Positions 55,564-64,000 of a stretch of DNA of 64,000 nt are shown here, one piece after another. The notes under the pieces are model-generated. The model saw only the letters and a program-made list of their open reading frames with translations, was not told the origin of the DNA and searched no databases. Both the position numbers and the translations under genes were made by a program. Each line of letters starts with the position of its first letter. Position 1 is the first letter of the stretch. Source of the stretch: Methanobacteriota archaeon (GTDB lineage: Archaea; Thermoplasmatota; Thermoplasmata; SG8-5; DAIRED01); assembly GCA_043799545.1 (NCBI GenBank), contig JAZDNO010000009.1:1-64000 (forward strand). The letters run 5' to 3'.

Positions 55564-55664
55564 TTCCAACCTCTGATGACTATAGTTTCCGCGCACTAAA
55601 TACCTTTCGCTATAGATATATTGACGAAGATTGAACACTCTCGGAATAATGCGCGTCCGGCAGA

Positions 55665-56861
55665 TCACTCCAGTATCAGCGCCTGCATCTTTTCCTCAAC
55701 CCCGTCGAACCAGCCCAGGTCGCCGTCCCAGTCCTTGAGGGGCTTGGAATATTGCGCCTCCATTTCCGATACCATGGCCTTCAGCTTCGCCTTGAACGCG
55801 TCTGCGACGAAGCCTTCCACGACAGCGACCAGGAAGACCCTGCGCCCCTTCTGGAAGACGATCTTCATGTCCCCGTACTTTAGCTCGTCAAGGATGCCTT
55901 TTTTTGCAGAAAGGAGCGAATCTGCGACGAAGTCCTTGATGGACATCAGCATCGCCGAGACGACCGTCGGGTCGATTTCCGATGCGACGTCGCTCGACTT
56001 GACGTGCTGTATCAGCAGGCCGTTGTCGTATATGAGCATCAATTGGTTGACCTTGTACCGGCCCGCTGGCTCTACGTGCAGCATCGTCGTCCTCGACCAT
56101 ATCATGACCATGAATCCCGCGTTCAGTATCAGGAACGAAAGGATGAAAAGCGAATCCGAGAGCCCTGCGGGGATTCCTAGCCCCAGCATCGATTGGTACG
56201 TGAACAGCAGTATGTCGATGCAGAAGAACAGCAGCCCCGCGGTGATGACGAGCCAGTAATACAGAATCTTGCCGCTTCCGTAGAGGAGAAGAAGCAGCGA
56301 CAGCAATTCAATTGTGAATATCGAGAGGAAGGCGTATGCCAAAAGGGTGGCAACAGCCGCCCTCCCATACCCCGAGCCCTCGATGCCGTATATCAGCGGA
56401 CCCAGCGTCGCCAGCAAGACGAAAATCCATGCCGTGCTCAGGATGAGCACCTTGCGCTGGTCGAGGTATTCGTAGCTCTTGCCGAGTATCGAGACGCATA
56501 TGAATATCAAGGGGACGTATCCCAGCAGCCAGAAGAAATCAGGGACGTCGGGGAGGCTGATTGCAGAGCCCGTCAACGACATCACCGTTGCGGTTATCTG
56601 CGCGAATGAGAACAGCAGAAGGGTCGCCAGCAGGCACGCGCCGACTATCGCGAAGTCATCCTGCCCGAGGTATTTCAGGATATACACGCAGAGCGCTATC
56701 GACAGGAAAGCTGAAGCGAGCGCGACGAAGTTCGAGTATTCCGAAGACGCCCGCGACTCAAGGAAGAAAGGCGGCAGCGAGAGGGCGATGCACGCGAGCG
56801 TCAGACCCAGCCCGAACTTCCTGACCTTCTCCCGGATTGCATTCCCGCCGCTGTCGGTCAC
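55665..56861 (-). CDS. Multi-pass membrane protein with C-terminal longin/roadblock-like domain
   Basis: About nine TM helices, then LIYDNGLLI..VVSAMLMSIKDFV..LDELKYGDMKIVF..FLVAVV. Confidence 0.8.
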   Translation of the reverse strand: MTDSGGNAIREKVRKFGLGLTLACIALSLPPFFLESRASSEYSNFVALASAFLSIALCVYILKYLGQDDFAIVGACLLATLLLFSFAQITATVMSLTGSAISLPDVPDFFWLLGYVPLIFICVSILGKSYEYLDQRKVLILSTAWIFVLLATLGPLIYGIEGSGYGRAAVATLLAYAFLSIFTIELLSLLLLLYGSGKILYYWLVITAGLLFFCIDILLFTYQSMLGLGIPAGLSDSLFILSFLILNAGFMVMIWSRTTMLHVEPAGRYKVNQLMLIYDNGLLIQHVKSSDVASEIDPTVVSAMLMSIKDFVADSLLSAKKGILDELKYGDMKIVFQKGRRVFLVAVVEGFVADAFKAKLKAMVSEMEAQYSKPLKDWDGDLGWFDGVEEKMQALILE

Positions 56862-56936
56862 GCATCCTAATCCAGATTGTGGTATTAAAGCGTCTCGGAG
56901 GCCGCACCTTTATCTACCGATACAACTTCACGAAAA

Positions 56937-58223
56937 ATGATGGACGAATCGCTCGTAGGGATGGAGTGCCACGCCACCAGCCTCCCAGGCATAGGGGGCA
57001 AGCTCAAATCAGCCCCGGAGGATTTCGTGGTAGAAGAGCTGTCCATAGTCCCCGCGCCGGGGGGCTCATTGTACACCGTGGCAACGGTCAAGGTGCGCAA
57101 CTGGGAGATGAACCGGCTCGTGCGCGAGCTGTCCAGGGCGCTGAGGATATCGAGGCGCAAGATTACTTTCGCAGGCACGAAGGACAAGCGCGCCATCACG
57201 ACTCAAATCATACAGTTCCAGGCTCCGCTGGAAGCCGTACAGGCTATAAGGATGCCAGACGTGGAAATCACGAACGCATACGGCACGAACAGGAAGATCG
57301 ACCTGGGCGACCTTGCGGGGAACAAGTTCACGGTCGTGTTAAGGAAACTCGATTGCCCCGACGAGGAGGCAAAGGCCAGGATCGCGGGGATAGCAACGGA
57401 GCTGGAAAAGCTCGGAGGGTTCCCGAATTTCTTCGGCGTCCAGCGCTTCGGCGCGCTCAGGCCCGTAACACACCTCGTGGGCAAGCTCATAGTCCAGGGG
57501 GATTTCGAGAAGGCCGTGATGACTTATCTGGGCAACCCCGCCGAGGGCGAGGAGCCAGAGGCCTTCGCCGCCAGGAAGGCGCTTGAAGAGACTCACGATT
57601 TCGGCGCGGCCCTGCACTCCTACCCGAGGAACATGGCATTCGAGCTGGCGATTCTGAACCATCTGGCGCAGAACCCCGGCGACTACGTCGGGGCGATAAT
57701 GACGCTTCCGAAGAACTTGCAGATGATGTTCGTTCACGCATACCAGTCGTACCTATTCAACAAAATGTTGTGCGAGAGGATGCGGCGCGGGCTGCCGATC
57801 AACGTGCCGGTGGAGGGCGACGTGATTCTCCCGGTGAACAAGGACGGGCTTCCGGACCACGAGCGCTGGATAGAGGCGAAGGCCGACAACCAGGATACGC
57901 TGAGGCTCAGGGCGAAGGAGGGCAGGGCGTTCGTCAGCGCCGTGCTGTTCGGCTGGGAATCGGTCTTTGCGAACGGCGAGCCAGGAGAGATAGAGAGGGG
58001 CGTGGTCGAATCGGAAAACCTGCGCCACGAGATGTTCATGATTCCGCAGATACAGAGGATAGGCTCCAAGGGCTCGCGCCGCGAGCTGGTCGCGCCGGCC
58101 AAGGACTTGAAATGGAGCGTCGCGGACGGGAAGGCGACCTTCGAATTCTCCCTGAACCGCGGGTGCTATGCGACGACCTTGCTAAGGGAATTCATGAAGA
58201 AGCGCGAGATGCGCGACTACTGA
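56937..58223 (+). CDS. truD: tRNA pseudouridine(13) synthase TruD
   Basis: PEDFVVEE, AGTKDKRAIT, GNKF, NFFGVQRFG, FVHAYQSYLFN and GCYATTLLRE motifs. Confidence 0.97.
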   Translation: MMDESLVGMECHATSLPGIGGKLKSAPEDFVVEELSIVPAPGGSLYTVATVKVRNWEMNRLVRELSRALRISRRKITFAGTKDKRAITTQIIQFQAPLEAVQAIRMPDVEITNAYGTNRKIDLGDLAGNKFTVVLRKLDCPDEEAKARIAGIATELEKLGGFPNFFGVQRFGALRPVTHLVGKLIVQGDFEKAVMTYLGNPAEGEEPEAFAARKALEETHDFGAALHSYPRNMAFELAILNHLAQNPGDYVGAIMTLPKNLQMMFVHAYQSYLFNKMLCERMRRGLPINVPVEGDVILPVNKDGLPDHERWIEAKADNQDTLRLRAKEGRAFVSAVLFGWESVFANGEPGEIERGVVESENLRHEMFMIPQIQRIGSKGSRRELVAPAKDLKWSVADGKATFEFSLNRGCYATTLLREFMKKREMRDY

Positions 58224-58226
58224 GGC

Positions 58227-58469
58227 TCAGGCCTTTCCTTGCGCTGGCTGACCCGCATTTGCCTGCGTCTCGCATGCGTCCATGCCGGGGCAGAAGAACT
58301 TGTGGTGCTTCGAGCAGTAGGTGGACTCGTGGAGGTGGCCGCACTGCGCCTTCGGCTTGGGGCTCTGCGCCTCGCGCACCAGGACGCAGCGCTCGCCGAT
58401 GCATCCGAAACCCTTGTAGGTGCCGTTGCATATCCCGTCCTCTCCGAGGTGCTGGCAGTTCGCGCTCAT
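58227..58469 (-). CDS. Cys-rich small protein B (80 aa)
   Basis: C..DGIC.G...G..CIGERC and YCSKHHKFFC; ATG overlaps the upstream paralog stop. Confidence 0.75.
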   Translation of the reverse strand: MSANCQHLGEDGICNGTYKGFGCIGERCVLVREAQSPKPKAQCGHLHESTYCSKHHKFFCPGMDACETQANAGQPAQGKA

Positions 58470-58777
58470 CGCATCTGCCCCGCGAATTTGTCCATGCTCT
58501 CGCGGTGCTCGTCGCGAGAGATACCGCAAGTCGTGCATTCGCCCTCGGCCGCGCAGTAGAAGGCCTTGTGCTTGGGACAGTAGAGCCCGTTCCACTTCAG
58601 GAACTGCTCCGTGATCCCGTCCTCGCCTTCGGTGCTTATTACGCGCGTCGAGCCTCCCGCATTCGGCATCAAATCGGGGTTGTGAACCGGGCACTGGCTC
58701 TCGCCTACGCAAGACATTCCAGTGACATCGCCGCTGGCGCAGCGGCCATCGCGATAGCGATACTTGCACATGTGCAT
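58466..58777 (-). CDS. Cys-rich small protein A (103 aa)
   Basis: C..DGRC..G...G..CVGESQC and YCPKHKAFYC. Confidence 0.75.
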   Translation of the reverse strand: MHMCKYRYRDGRCASGDVTGMSCVGESQCPVHNPDLMPNAGGSTRVISTEGEDGITEQFLKWNGLYCPKHKAFYCAAEGECTTCGISRDEHRESMDKFAGQMR

Positions 58778-58874
58778 CCCTAGTGTCCCTTCGGACGCGA
58801 TGTATATACTCGTATGGGTTGATAAACCTTTCCCCCGAAAGAAGCATGTTGATGGACACCCATCTTGCATCGGT

Positions 58875-61800
58875 TTACCAATCAACGGTCCAAACTGAAT
58901 CCGCAACGACGTGAACCCAGTACCCTTCTCCAGGTCTCATGATGTAACTCGGCCCGACTGTCGTGGTCATATATGGAGCGCCAGCGTCGAAGACTTCGAC
59001 TATGTCGGCGCTCGTGCCCCAGAACGCAGTCGCGATGGTAGTATTCGTCGAAAGGGTCGGGTAGCCCACGAGGTTCCAGCCAGTCCTTAGTTGTATCTGC
59101 GTCGAGATGGGGACGACCCCGGTAAGATTCAGGTAACCGTCGCCTACGTCCGTCACGTTGATCCAAAATCCCATCGATGTCTCCACGCGGGTCAGGTCGT
59201 TCATAACCCAAGGCCACGCTGTATTGAACTGCTTCCAATAGTCTTGCGGGTTCTCGGAATCGTACCACATGACGCGGTCCCACTGAGTGTCGCCATCGAG
59301 GAACTGAGCGGGGAGCGTTAGGCTAGGGATTTCCAGCGGAACAGATATTAGGTTCCAACCCAGGACAACAGGTATTCTGAAGAAAGTTGGCGAAGGCGTC
59401 TGCGAGGTATTCCATGGCAACATCATAGGATAATTGTCCAATGCCCCTGTCCCGCCCCGGATGTCCGAGTAGGGCGTATCGCCGATGCCGTCGGAACCGG
59501 GTTCGTTTTGTTCTGGACCAGAGAACAAGTCGATGCCGGAAAAATCGGTCCAGTAGTTGCCTCCAGAGGGGTAGCTGTTGTCCCAGAGGTTGGTGCCAGT
59601 GTTGTCATAGGCTTGGTTCATATTATCTATAAAGTTGTTGTGATAGATTGTATTGCTGTTTGAGAAGGAGAGGTAGATGCCATACCCATTGTTCGAGGAT
59701 GCGGTGTTGTGGGCGACGGTGTTGCCGACGGAGGTGTAGAGGTAGATGCCATACCAGTTATCCGAGGCGAAGTTGTCGACTAAGGTGTTGCTACTGCAAT
59801 CCCAGTATAGGTATAAGCCGTACGAGTTGTTCGAGACCGTATTGTTTGCGATGGCATTCATATCGCACCATGCGTACAAGTAGATGCCATTCGTGTCATT
59901 TAAGACGGTGTTGTGGGCGACGGTGTTGCCGCTGCTATACCAGTATAAGTAGATGCCAGTTGAGCCGTTCGAGGCCGTGTTGTAGATTATGTCGTTGCTG
60001 GTAGAGGAATAAAGGTAGATGCCACACTCGTTGTTCGAGGCGTCGTTGCTGGCGATGGTGGCGCCAGTCGAGGAGCCGAGGTAGATGCCATACCCGTTAT
60101 TCGATGCGGTGTTGCTGACGATCGTGGCGCTTATTGAGGAGCCGAGGTAGATACCGTAGATATTGTTCGAGGAAACGGTGTTGTGTGTGATGGTGTCGCT
60201 GCTGGATGAATCTAGGTAGATACCGCAGTCGCAGAATTGAACCAGGTTGCCGGAAACCTGCGATAGCGAAGATTGACTCTGATACAATCCGAAGGATGCT
60301 TCCGATACTGAGTTGTCGGAAATGAACGAATTGGTCATATCTGTTCCGTATATGCCGATGAAAAACCCGGTGACGTTGTTTCCGCTGATCGTGAGGTCAC
60401 TGTCCTGCGTGTAGATTCCGTACATGGATAATTCTGTGGCTGTGCATAGCTGGAACTTCCCCGGCGGCCCTTGGCCTTCCACGGAACCTGTCACCACATT
60501 CCATCCATACACCGCTATTATATATTGTCCGTTCGGCGGATTGATGAGCTTTATGGCTTCGTTGCTATCGTCGTCCGCACAGAGTGCGTAACCGCCCATG
60601 GACCATTTTGCATACGATACCGCGCCCATAATTTCCCCATCTCTTATTCTCTCGCCAGGGTCAATTATTCCGTCGAAGTCCAAATCGTAGTATATTGCGA
60701 GGTCAAGGTCATCCATTTGGTCGCCCACAATGTGAACGGTGTAAGATGGATTGTTGATGATGGAGACGACTCTCTGATAGCTCGCAAGACGGTATGAGTA
60801 CACATATTCCTCCCAAGTCGTGGCATTGTTCTGCTCGTCTAGGTCGGACTCGCACTCCTGCCATATTGGCTCGTCGATATACATTTGTTCGTCGTGATCC
60901 GAATTGCCAGCAATCGTATTGTTCCTGATGGAGTTGCCGCTGGAAATGTCAACATAGATGCCATAGTGATTGTTCGAGGAGGCGGCGTTGTTGACGACAG
61001 TGTTGTTGCTAGAGGAGTAGAGAGAGATACCACAGCTGTTGTTTGAGGCAGTGTTGTTTGCGATGACGTTGCTGTCGGAGTTATAGAGGTAGATACCGAA
61101 TTCGTTGTTCGAGGATGCTGTGTTTCCATAAATCGTGCCGTTATGTACATTGTAAAAAGTGATACCGGAATCTGGATTGTACAGTGGAATACCAACTCCA
61201 CTGGCCTCATGAAGGGTGCAATTACTAATCACGAAATGGTTTGTCGTATTTCCGATATAGATGCAATATCCATACCCTGTGCCGTTGATTTCCCATCCTC
61301 CTATCACCCAAGGGTCTGCAATCGTTCCCGCGCCACTTATCACCCCGTGTGCCAGATCGAACTCCGAATCAGAATTTATTCTGATGGGTTGGTGAGGAAG
61401 TGGGCCATTGTTCTTGATAGGATGATACATTGGATAGTTATCTTGAGCTATCCCCCCCTCGACATATGTGTAGGGGATATCCCCAATTCCATCGCTCCCC
61501 AGGATGTCCTGGTTCGGCCCGGAGAAATCATCGTCGCCGATATAATCACTCCAGTAGTTGCCTCCGATCGGATAGCTGGAATTCCAGAGATTCACCCCAT
61601 CGTCTAACGCTTGAATCACATTGTTGATGATGTTGTTGTGGTAGATGACATCGCCATCACATCCCACCAGGGCGATGCCGTAATCATATGATGAAAACAC
61701 AGTATTGTTGTGCAATATATTATCATTGGAACTCTCTAAAATGATTCCCCACATGTTATACGAGGCTGTATTGTTGGCGACCATGATGTCGTTGGACAAA

Positions 61801-63584
61801 GACAGATAAATACCACATCCCTCGTTCCCTCTCATCTCGTTGTCCGTCACAATGCCGTTATTGACGTTAAATAGTATCAACCCTGAATCGGAATGGAAAG
61901 GCCATGTACCGTACCCACTCGCATCGTGCAGACGGCACCCGCGCATTACAAAACAATCTGTGGTGTTCCCAACGTAGATGCAAGCTCCATACCCCGCCCC
62001 ATCGATGTCCCAGTTCTCGATTATCCACGGGTTGGAAGTAGTGCCGTTCCCGGCCGAAACGCCATGCGCTACGTCGAACTCTGCGTTCGAATCTATACGG
62101 ATTGGCGCGTGCGGCACTGGCTCCGAAGGGGATGGGGTCAACATCGACATCAACGGGTAGTTGTCCTGGGCACCGGCCCCGCCCTGGATGTCTGTATTCG
62201 GTGTGTCGCTGATGCCGTCGCTCCCGGAGATGTTCTGCCCCGGACCCGATAAGATGTCCGCCCCCGCGTAGTCGCTCCAGTAGTTGCCTCCAGAGGGGTA
62301 GCCGTTGTCCCAGAGGTTGGTGCCAGTGTTGTCATAGGCTTGGTTCATATTATCTATAAAGTTGTTGTGATAGATTGTATTGCCGTCTGAATAGGAAGCA
62401 TGTACGCCTTCGGGATTGTTCGAGACGATGTTATTTTCAATCGTACCTCCGGTGGAATCGATGACGTAGATGCCGCATCCGTCGTTGGATGAAACGGTGT
62501 TGTTTGCAAGCACGAAGTCCGAGGCAGCGTCGAGGTATATCCCGAAGTAATGGTTTAAGGTGGCTGAGTTTTTGAAGACTTTGTTGCTAGCGCTGGAGTC
62601 AATTTCGATGCCGCATTCTTCGTTCGAGAAGACGACATTACGAATCATTGTATTGTTGTCGGAATTAAAAAATAAGCATATACCAGACCAACCGTTCAAG
62701 GATGCGATGTTATCGGAGATGACGTTTCCTATGGACTCAAATACATAGATGCCGTCCTCATAGTTCGAGTTGGCTGTGTTGTTTTCCAGTATGTTGCCGT
62801 TGGACGAATCAAGGTATATACCATATAGGCTCGAATTGGCGGTGTTGTCGCTGAGCATGTTGCCGCCAGACAACTCGAAGTAGATGCCAATCCCATCGCT
62901 ACTCGACGAGACTGCGTTGCCAGTGATAATGTTGTCGTCAGAGGAAACTATGTGTATGCCATTAAAAGTATTGATTGCTGTATTGTTGATGATGAAGTTG
63001 CCGCTAGCTTCGTATGTGTAGATGCCATCATCGTAGTTCGAAGAGACATTGTTGCCCATCAAGGTTACGCCGCTGGAAGATTCGATGATGATGCCCTCGA
63101 TATTGTAGATTGCGGTGTTGTCAGCGACGACGACACTGTTGCTGGATCCAACGATGTGAAAACCAGCGTTGTCGTTCGATGAAGCCGTATTATTCATAAT
63201 CGTACCGTTCCGAGCGTTGAATAAAATGAGGCCCGAGTCTAGAAAGTAAGGGGTTATGCCAATTCCATATGCATCGTGCAAATGGCATCCCCTTACTGTA
63301 AAGCAATCCGTCGTGTTCCCTATATACATGCAATATCCACTTTCTTCACCGCTAATTTCCCAGTTCTCGATTATCCACGGGTTGGAAGATGTTCCGTTCC
63401 CGGTCGAAACACCGTGCGCCGCATTAAAGTCTGCGTTCGAGTCGATTCGTATCGGCGCGTGCGCGACATACGCCGTCCATTTACCAGCAGGCGTCGCCCC
63501 CGATTCGCCCAATGGTTCTATGACCACTATTGCGCCAGACAATGTCACCAGCAAGCCCACCGCTATTGCCACACATTTTCTCAT
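58875..63584 (-). CDS. Giant NosD/beta-helix surface protein, three modules, inserted PPC-like domain, GWNL C-terminal domain
   Basis: Signal peptide MRKCVAIAV; three H(A/Q)PIRI starts; DLDLAIY..E.I.L.NP..G.Y.IAVYG insert; ends DSVWTVDW. Confidence 0.9.
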   Translation of the reverse strand: MRKCVAIAVGLLVTLSGAIVVIEPLGESGATPAGKWTAYVAHAPIRIDSNADFNAAHGVSTGNGTSSNPWIIENWEISGEESGYCMYIGNTTDCFTVRGCHLHDAYGIGITPYFLDSGLILFNARNGTIMNNTASSNDNAGFHIVGSSNSVVVADNTAIYNIEGIIIESSSGVTLMGNNVSSNYDDGIYTYEASGNFIINNTAINTFNGIHIVSSDDNIITGNAVSSSSDGIGIYFELSGGNMLSDNTANSSLYGIYLDSSNGNILENNTANSNYEDGIYVFESIGNVISDNIASLNGWSGICLFFNSDNNTMIRNVVFSNEECGIEIDSSASNKVFKNSATLNHYFGIYLDAASDFVLANNTVSSNDGCGIYVIDSTGGTIENNIVSNNPEGVHASYSDGNTIYHNNFIDNMNQAYDNTGTNLWDNGYPSGGNYWSDYAGADILSGPGQNISGSDGISDTPNTDIQGGAGAQDNYPLMSMLTPSPSEPVPHAPIRIDSNAEFDVAHGVSAGNGTTSNPWIIENWDIDGAGYGACIYVGNTTDCFVMRGCRLHDASGYGTWPFHSDSGLILFNVNNGIVTDNEMRGNEGCGIYLSLSNDIMVANNTASYNMWGIILESSNDNILHNNTVFSSYDYGIALVGCDGDVIYHNNIINNVIQALDDGVNLWNSSYPIGGNYWSDYIGDDDFSGPNQDILGSDGIGDIPYTYVEGGIAQDNYPMYHPIKNNGPLPHQPIRINSDSEFDLAHGVISGAGTIADPWVIGGWEINGTGYGYCIYIGNTTNHFVISNCTLHEASGVGIPLYNPDSGITFYNVHNGTIYGNTASSNNEFGIYLYNSDSNVIANNTASNNSCGISLYSSSNNTVVNNAASSNNHYGIYVDISSGNSIRNNTIAGNSDHDEQMYIDEPIWQECESDLDEQNNATTWEEYVYSYRLASYQRVVSIINNPSYTVHIVGDQMDDLDLAIYYDLDFDGIIDPGERIRDGEIMGAVSYAKWSMGGYALCADDDSNEAIKLINPPNGQYIIAVYGWNVVTGSVEGQGPPGKFQLCTATELSMYGIYTQDSDLTISGNNVTGFFIGIYGTDMTNSFISDNSVSEASFGLYQSQSSLSQVSGNLVQFCDCGIYLDSSSSDTITHNTVSSNNIYGIYLGSSISATIVSNTASNNGYGIYLGSSTGATIASNDASNNECGIYLYSSTSNDIIYNTASNGSTGIYLYWYSSGNTVAHNTVLNDTNGIYLYAWCDMNAIANNTVSNNSYGLYLYWDCSSNTLVDNFASDNWYGIYLYTSVGNTVAHNTASSNNGYGIYLSFSNSNTIYHNNFIDNMNQAYDNTGTNLWDNSYPSGGNYWTDFSGIDLFSGPEQNEPGSDGIGDTPYSDIRGGTGALDNYPMMLPWNTSQTPSPTFFRIPVVLGWNLISVPLEIPSLTLPAQFLDGDTQWDRVMWYDSENPQDYWKQFNTAWPWVMNDLTRVETSMGFWINVTDVGDGYLNLTGVVPISTQIQLRTGWNLVGYPTLSTNTTIATAFWGTSADIVEVFDAGAPYMTTTVGPSYIMRPGEGYWVHVVADSVWTVDW
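59550..59656. repeat. 107-bp intragenic direct repeat, copy 1
   Basis: One mismatch vs 62277-62383. Confidence 0.95.
62277..62383. repeat. 107-bp intragenic direct repeat, copy 2
   Basis: One mismatch vs 59550-59656. Confidence 0.95.
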
Positions 63585-63718
63585 TCCCAGCCTCAGGCAA
63601 CCATTGTCGCAACACATCAAATACTTTTCTATGTGCCATATATTTAGAATATACGCACATAGGAGACCGATCCATTCACTGCGGCATCTCCAAATACGCG
63701 CGGCGCGTTTCCAATCCG

Positions 63719-64000
63719 ATGAGCGGAGGCGTTTTCAGCGTCGGCGGCGTCGATGTCCAATACGACGTCGAGGTGAGGCGCGTGCGCAACGCCAGGCTCC
63801 AGTTCAAGGGAGACAGGCTCCTCGTCATCATGCCCGCACATGGCGACCCGCGCGAGGCCATTTCGCGCAACTGGCGCTGGGTTTACAAGCATCATGCCAA
63901 GATGAGGAAGGCGCTTGATGACGCCTCAGTCGCGGACCTGGAGAGCAGGAGCGAGGACGACTTCAAAAGGCTGGCGTGCTGGCTAGTTGAACTGTACTCT
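63719..64000 (+). CDS. Partial ORF running off the window, possibly YgjP/M48-like N-terminus
   Basis: Translated by hand: YDVEVRRVRNARLQFKGDRLLVIMP; no stop before 64000; HExxH not visible in window. Confidence 0.55.
   Translation, partial: MSGGVFSVGGVDVQYDVEVRRVRNARLQFKGDRLLVIMPAHGDPREAISRNWRWVYKHHAKMRKALDDASVADLESRSEDDFKRLACWLVELYS

Noticed and set aside
59640-60250. Diversity-generating retroelement TR/VR pair in the Asn-rich repeats
   Set aside because: Similarity is explained by in-frame NosD repeats; differences are not adenine-specific; no reverse transcriptase nearby

Overview
High-GC archaeal chromosomal segment, most consistent with class Thermoplasmata (Trm56-HD fusion, DUF6015-like, Rpe, paired RAD55/KaiC ATPases, giant TPR and NosD surface proteins; inferred from gene content). 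It is mostly housekeeping: tuf-rps10, rps19e-PDCD5-rpl39e-rpl31e-eif6, aIF2beta, TFS, pheS, cysS, rtcB, truD, dus, trm56, purC, thiL, sepF, nreA, RecJ-like. There are three tRNA genes: Ile-GAT and the intron-containing Ser-GGA and Ser-TGA. An AT-rich island edge lies left of tRNA-Ile. The most striking unexplained signal is non-coding. All three tRNA genes are flanked by direct and inverted copies of their own 5' and 3' ends, interleaved with hairpins, and the two Ser loci share a REP-like hairpin. Two unrelated protein genes (TFS and a RAD55 paralog) have their last 15-17 bp duplicated 63-65 bp downstream around a shared core. Two unrelated AT-rich ORFs sit between shared upstream and downstream elements like cassettes. 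Protein-level highlights: a divergent second CysRS with a Zn-ligand Cys-to-Asp change and a short C-terminus abutting a GNAT gene (MshC/MshD-like logic), a ~110-aa insertion in PheS, homologous RING-like fingers on two convergent genes, a CDIN1-like nuclease with a V4R gene, a metal-ligand-degenerate aminopeptidase, a TM plus longin-like protein and a tandem pair of Cys-rich paralogs. All family names come from motif recognition, not database searches.
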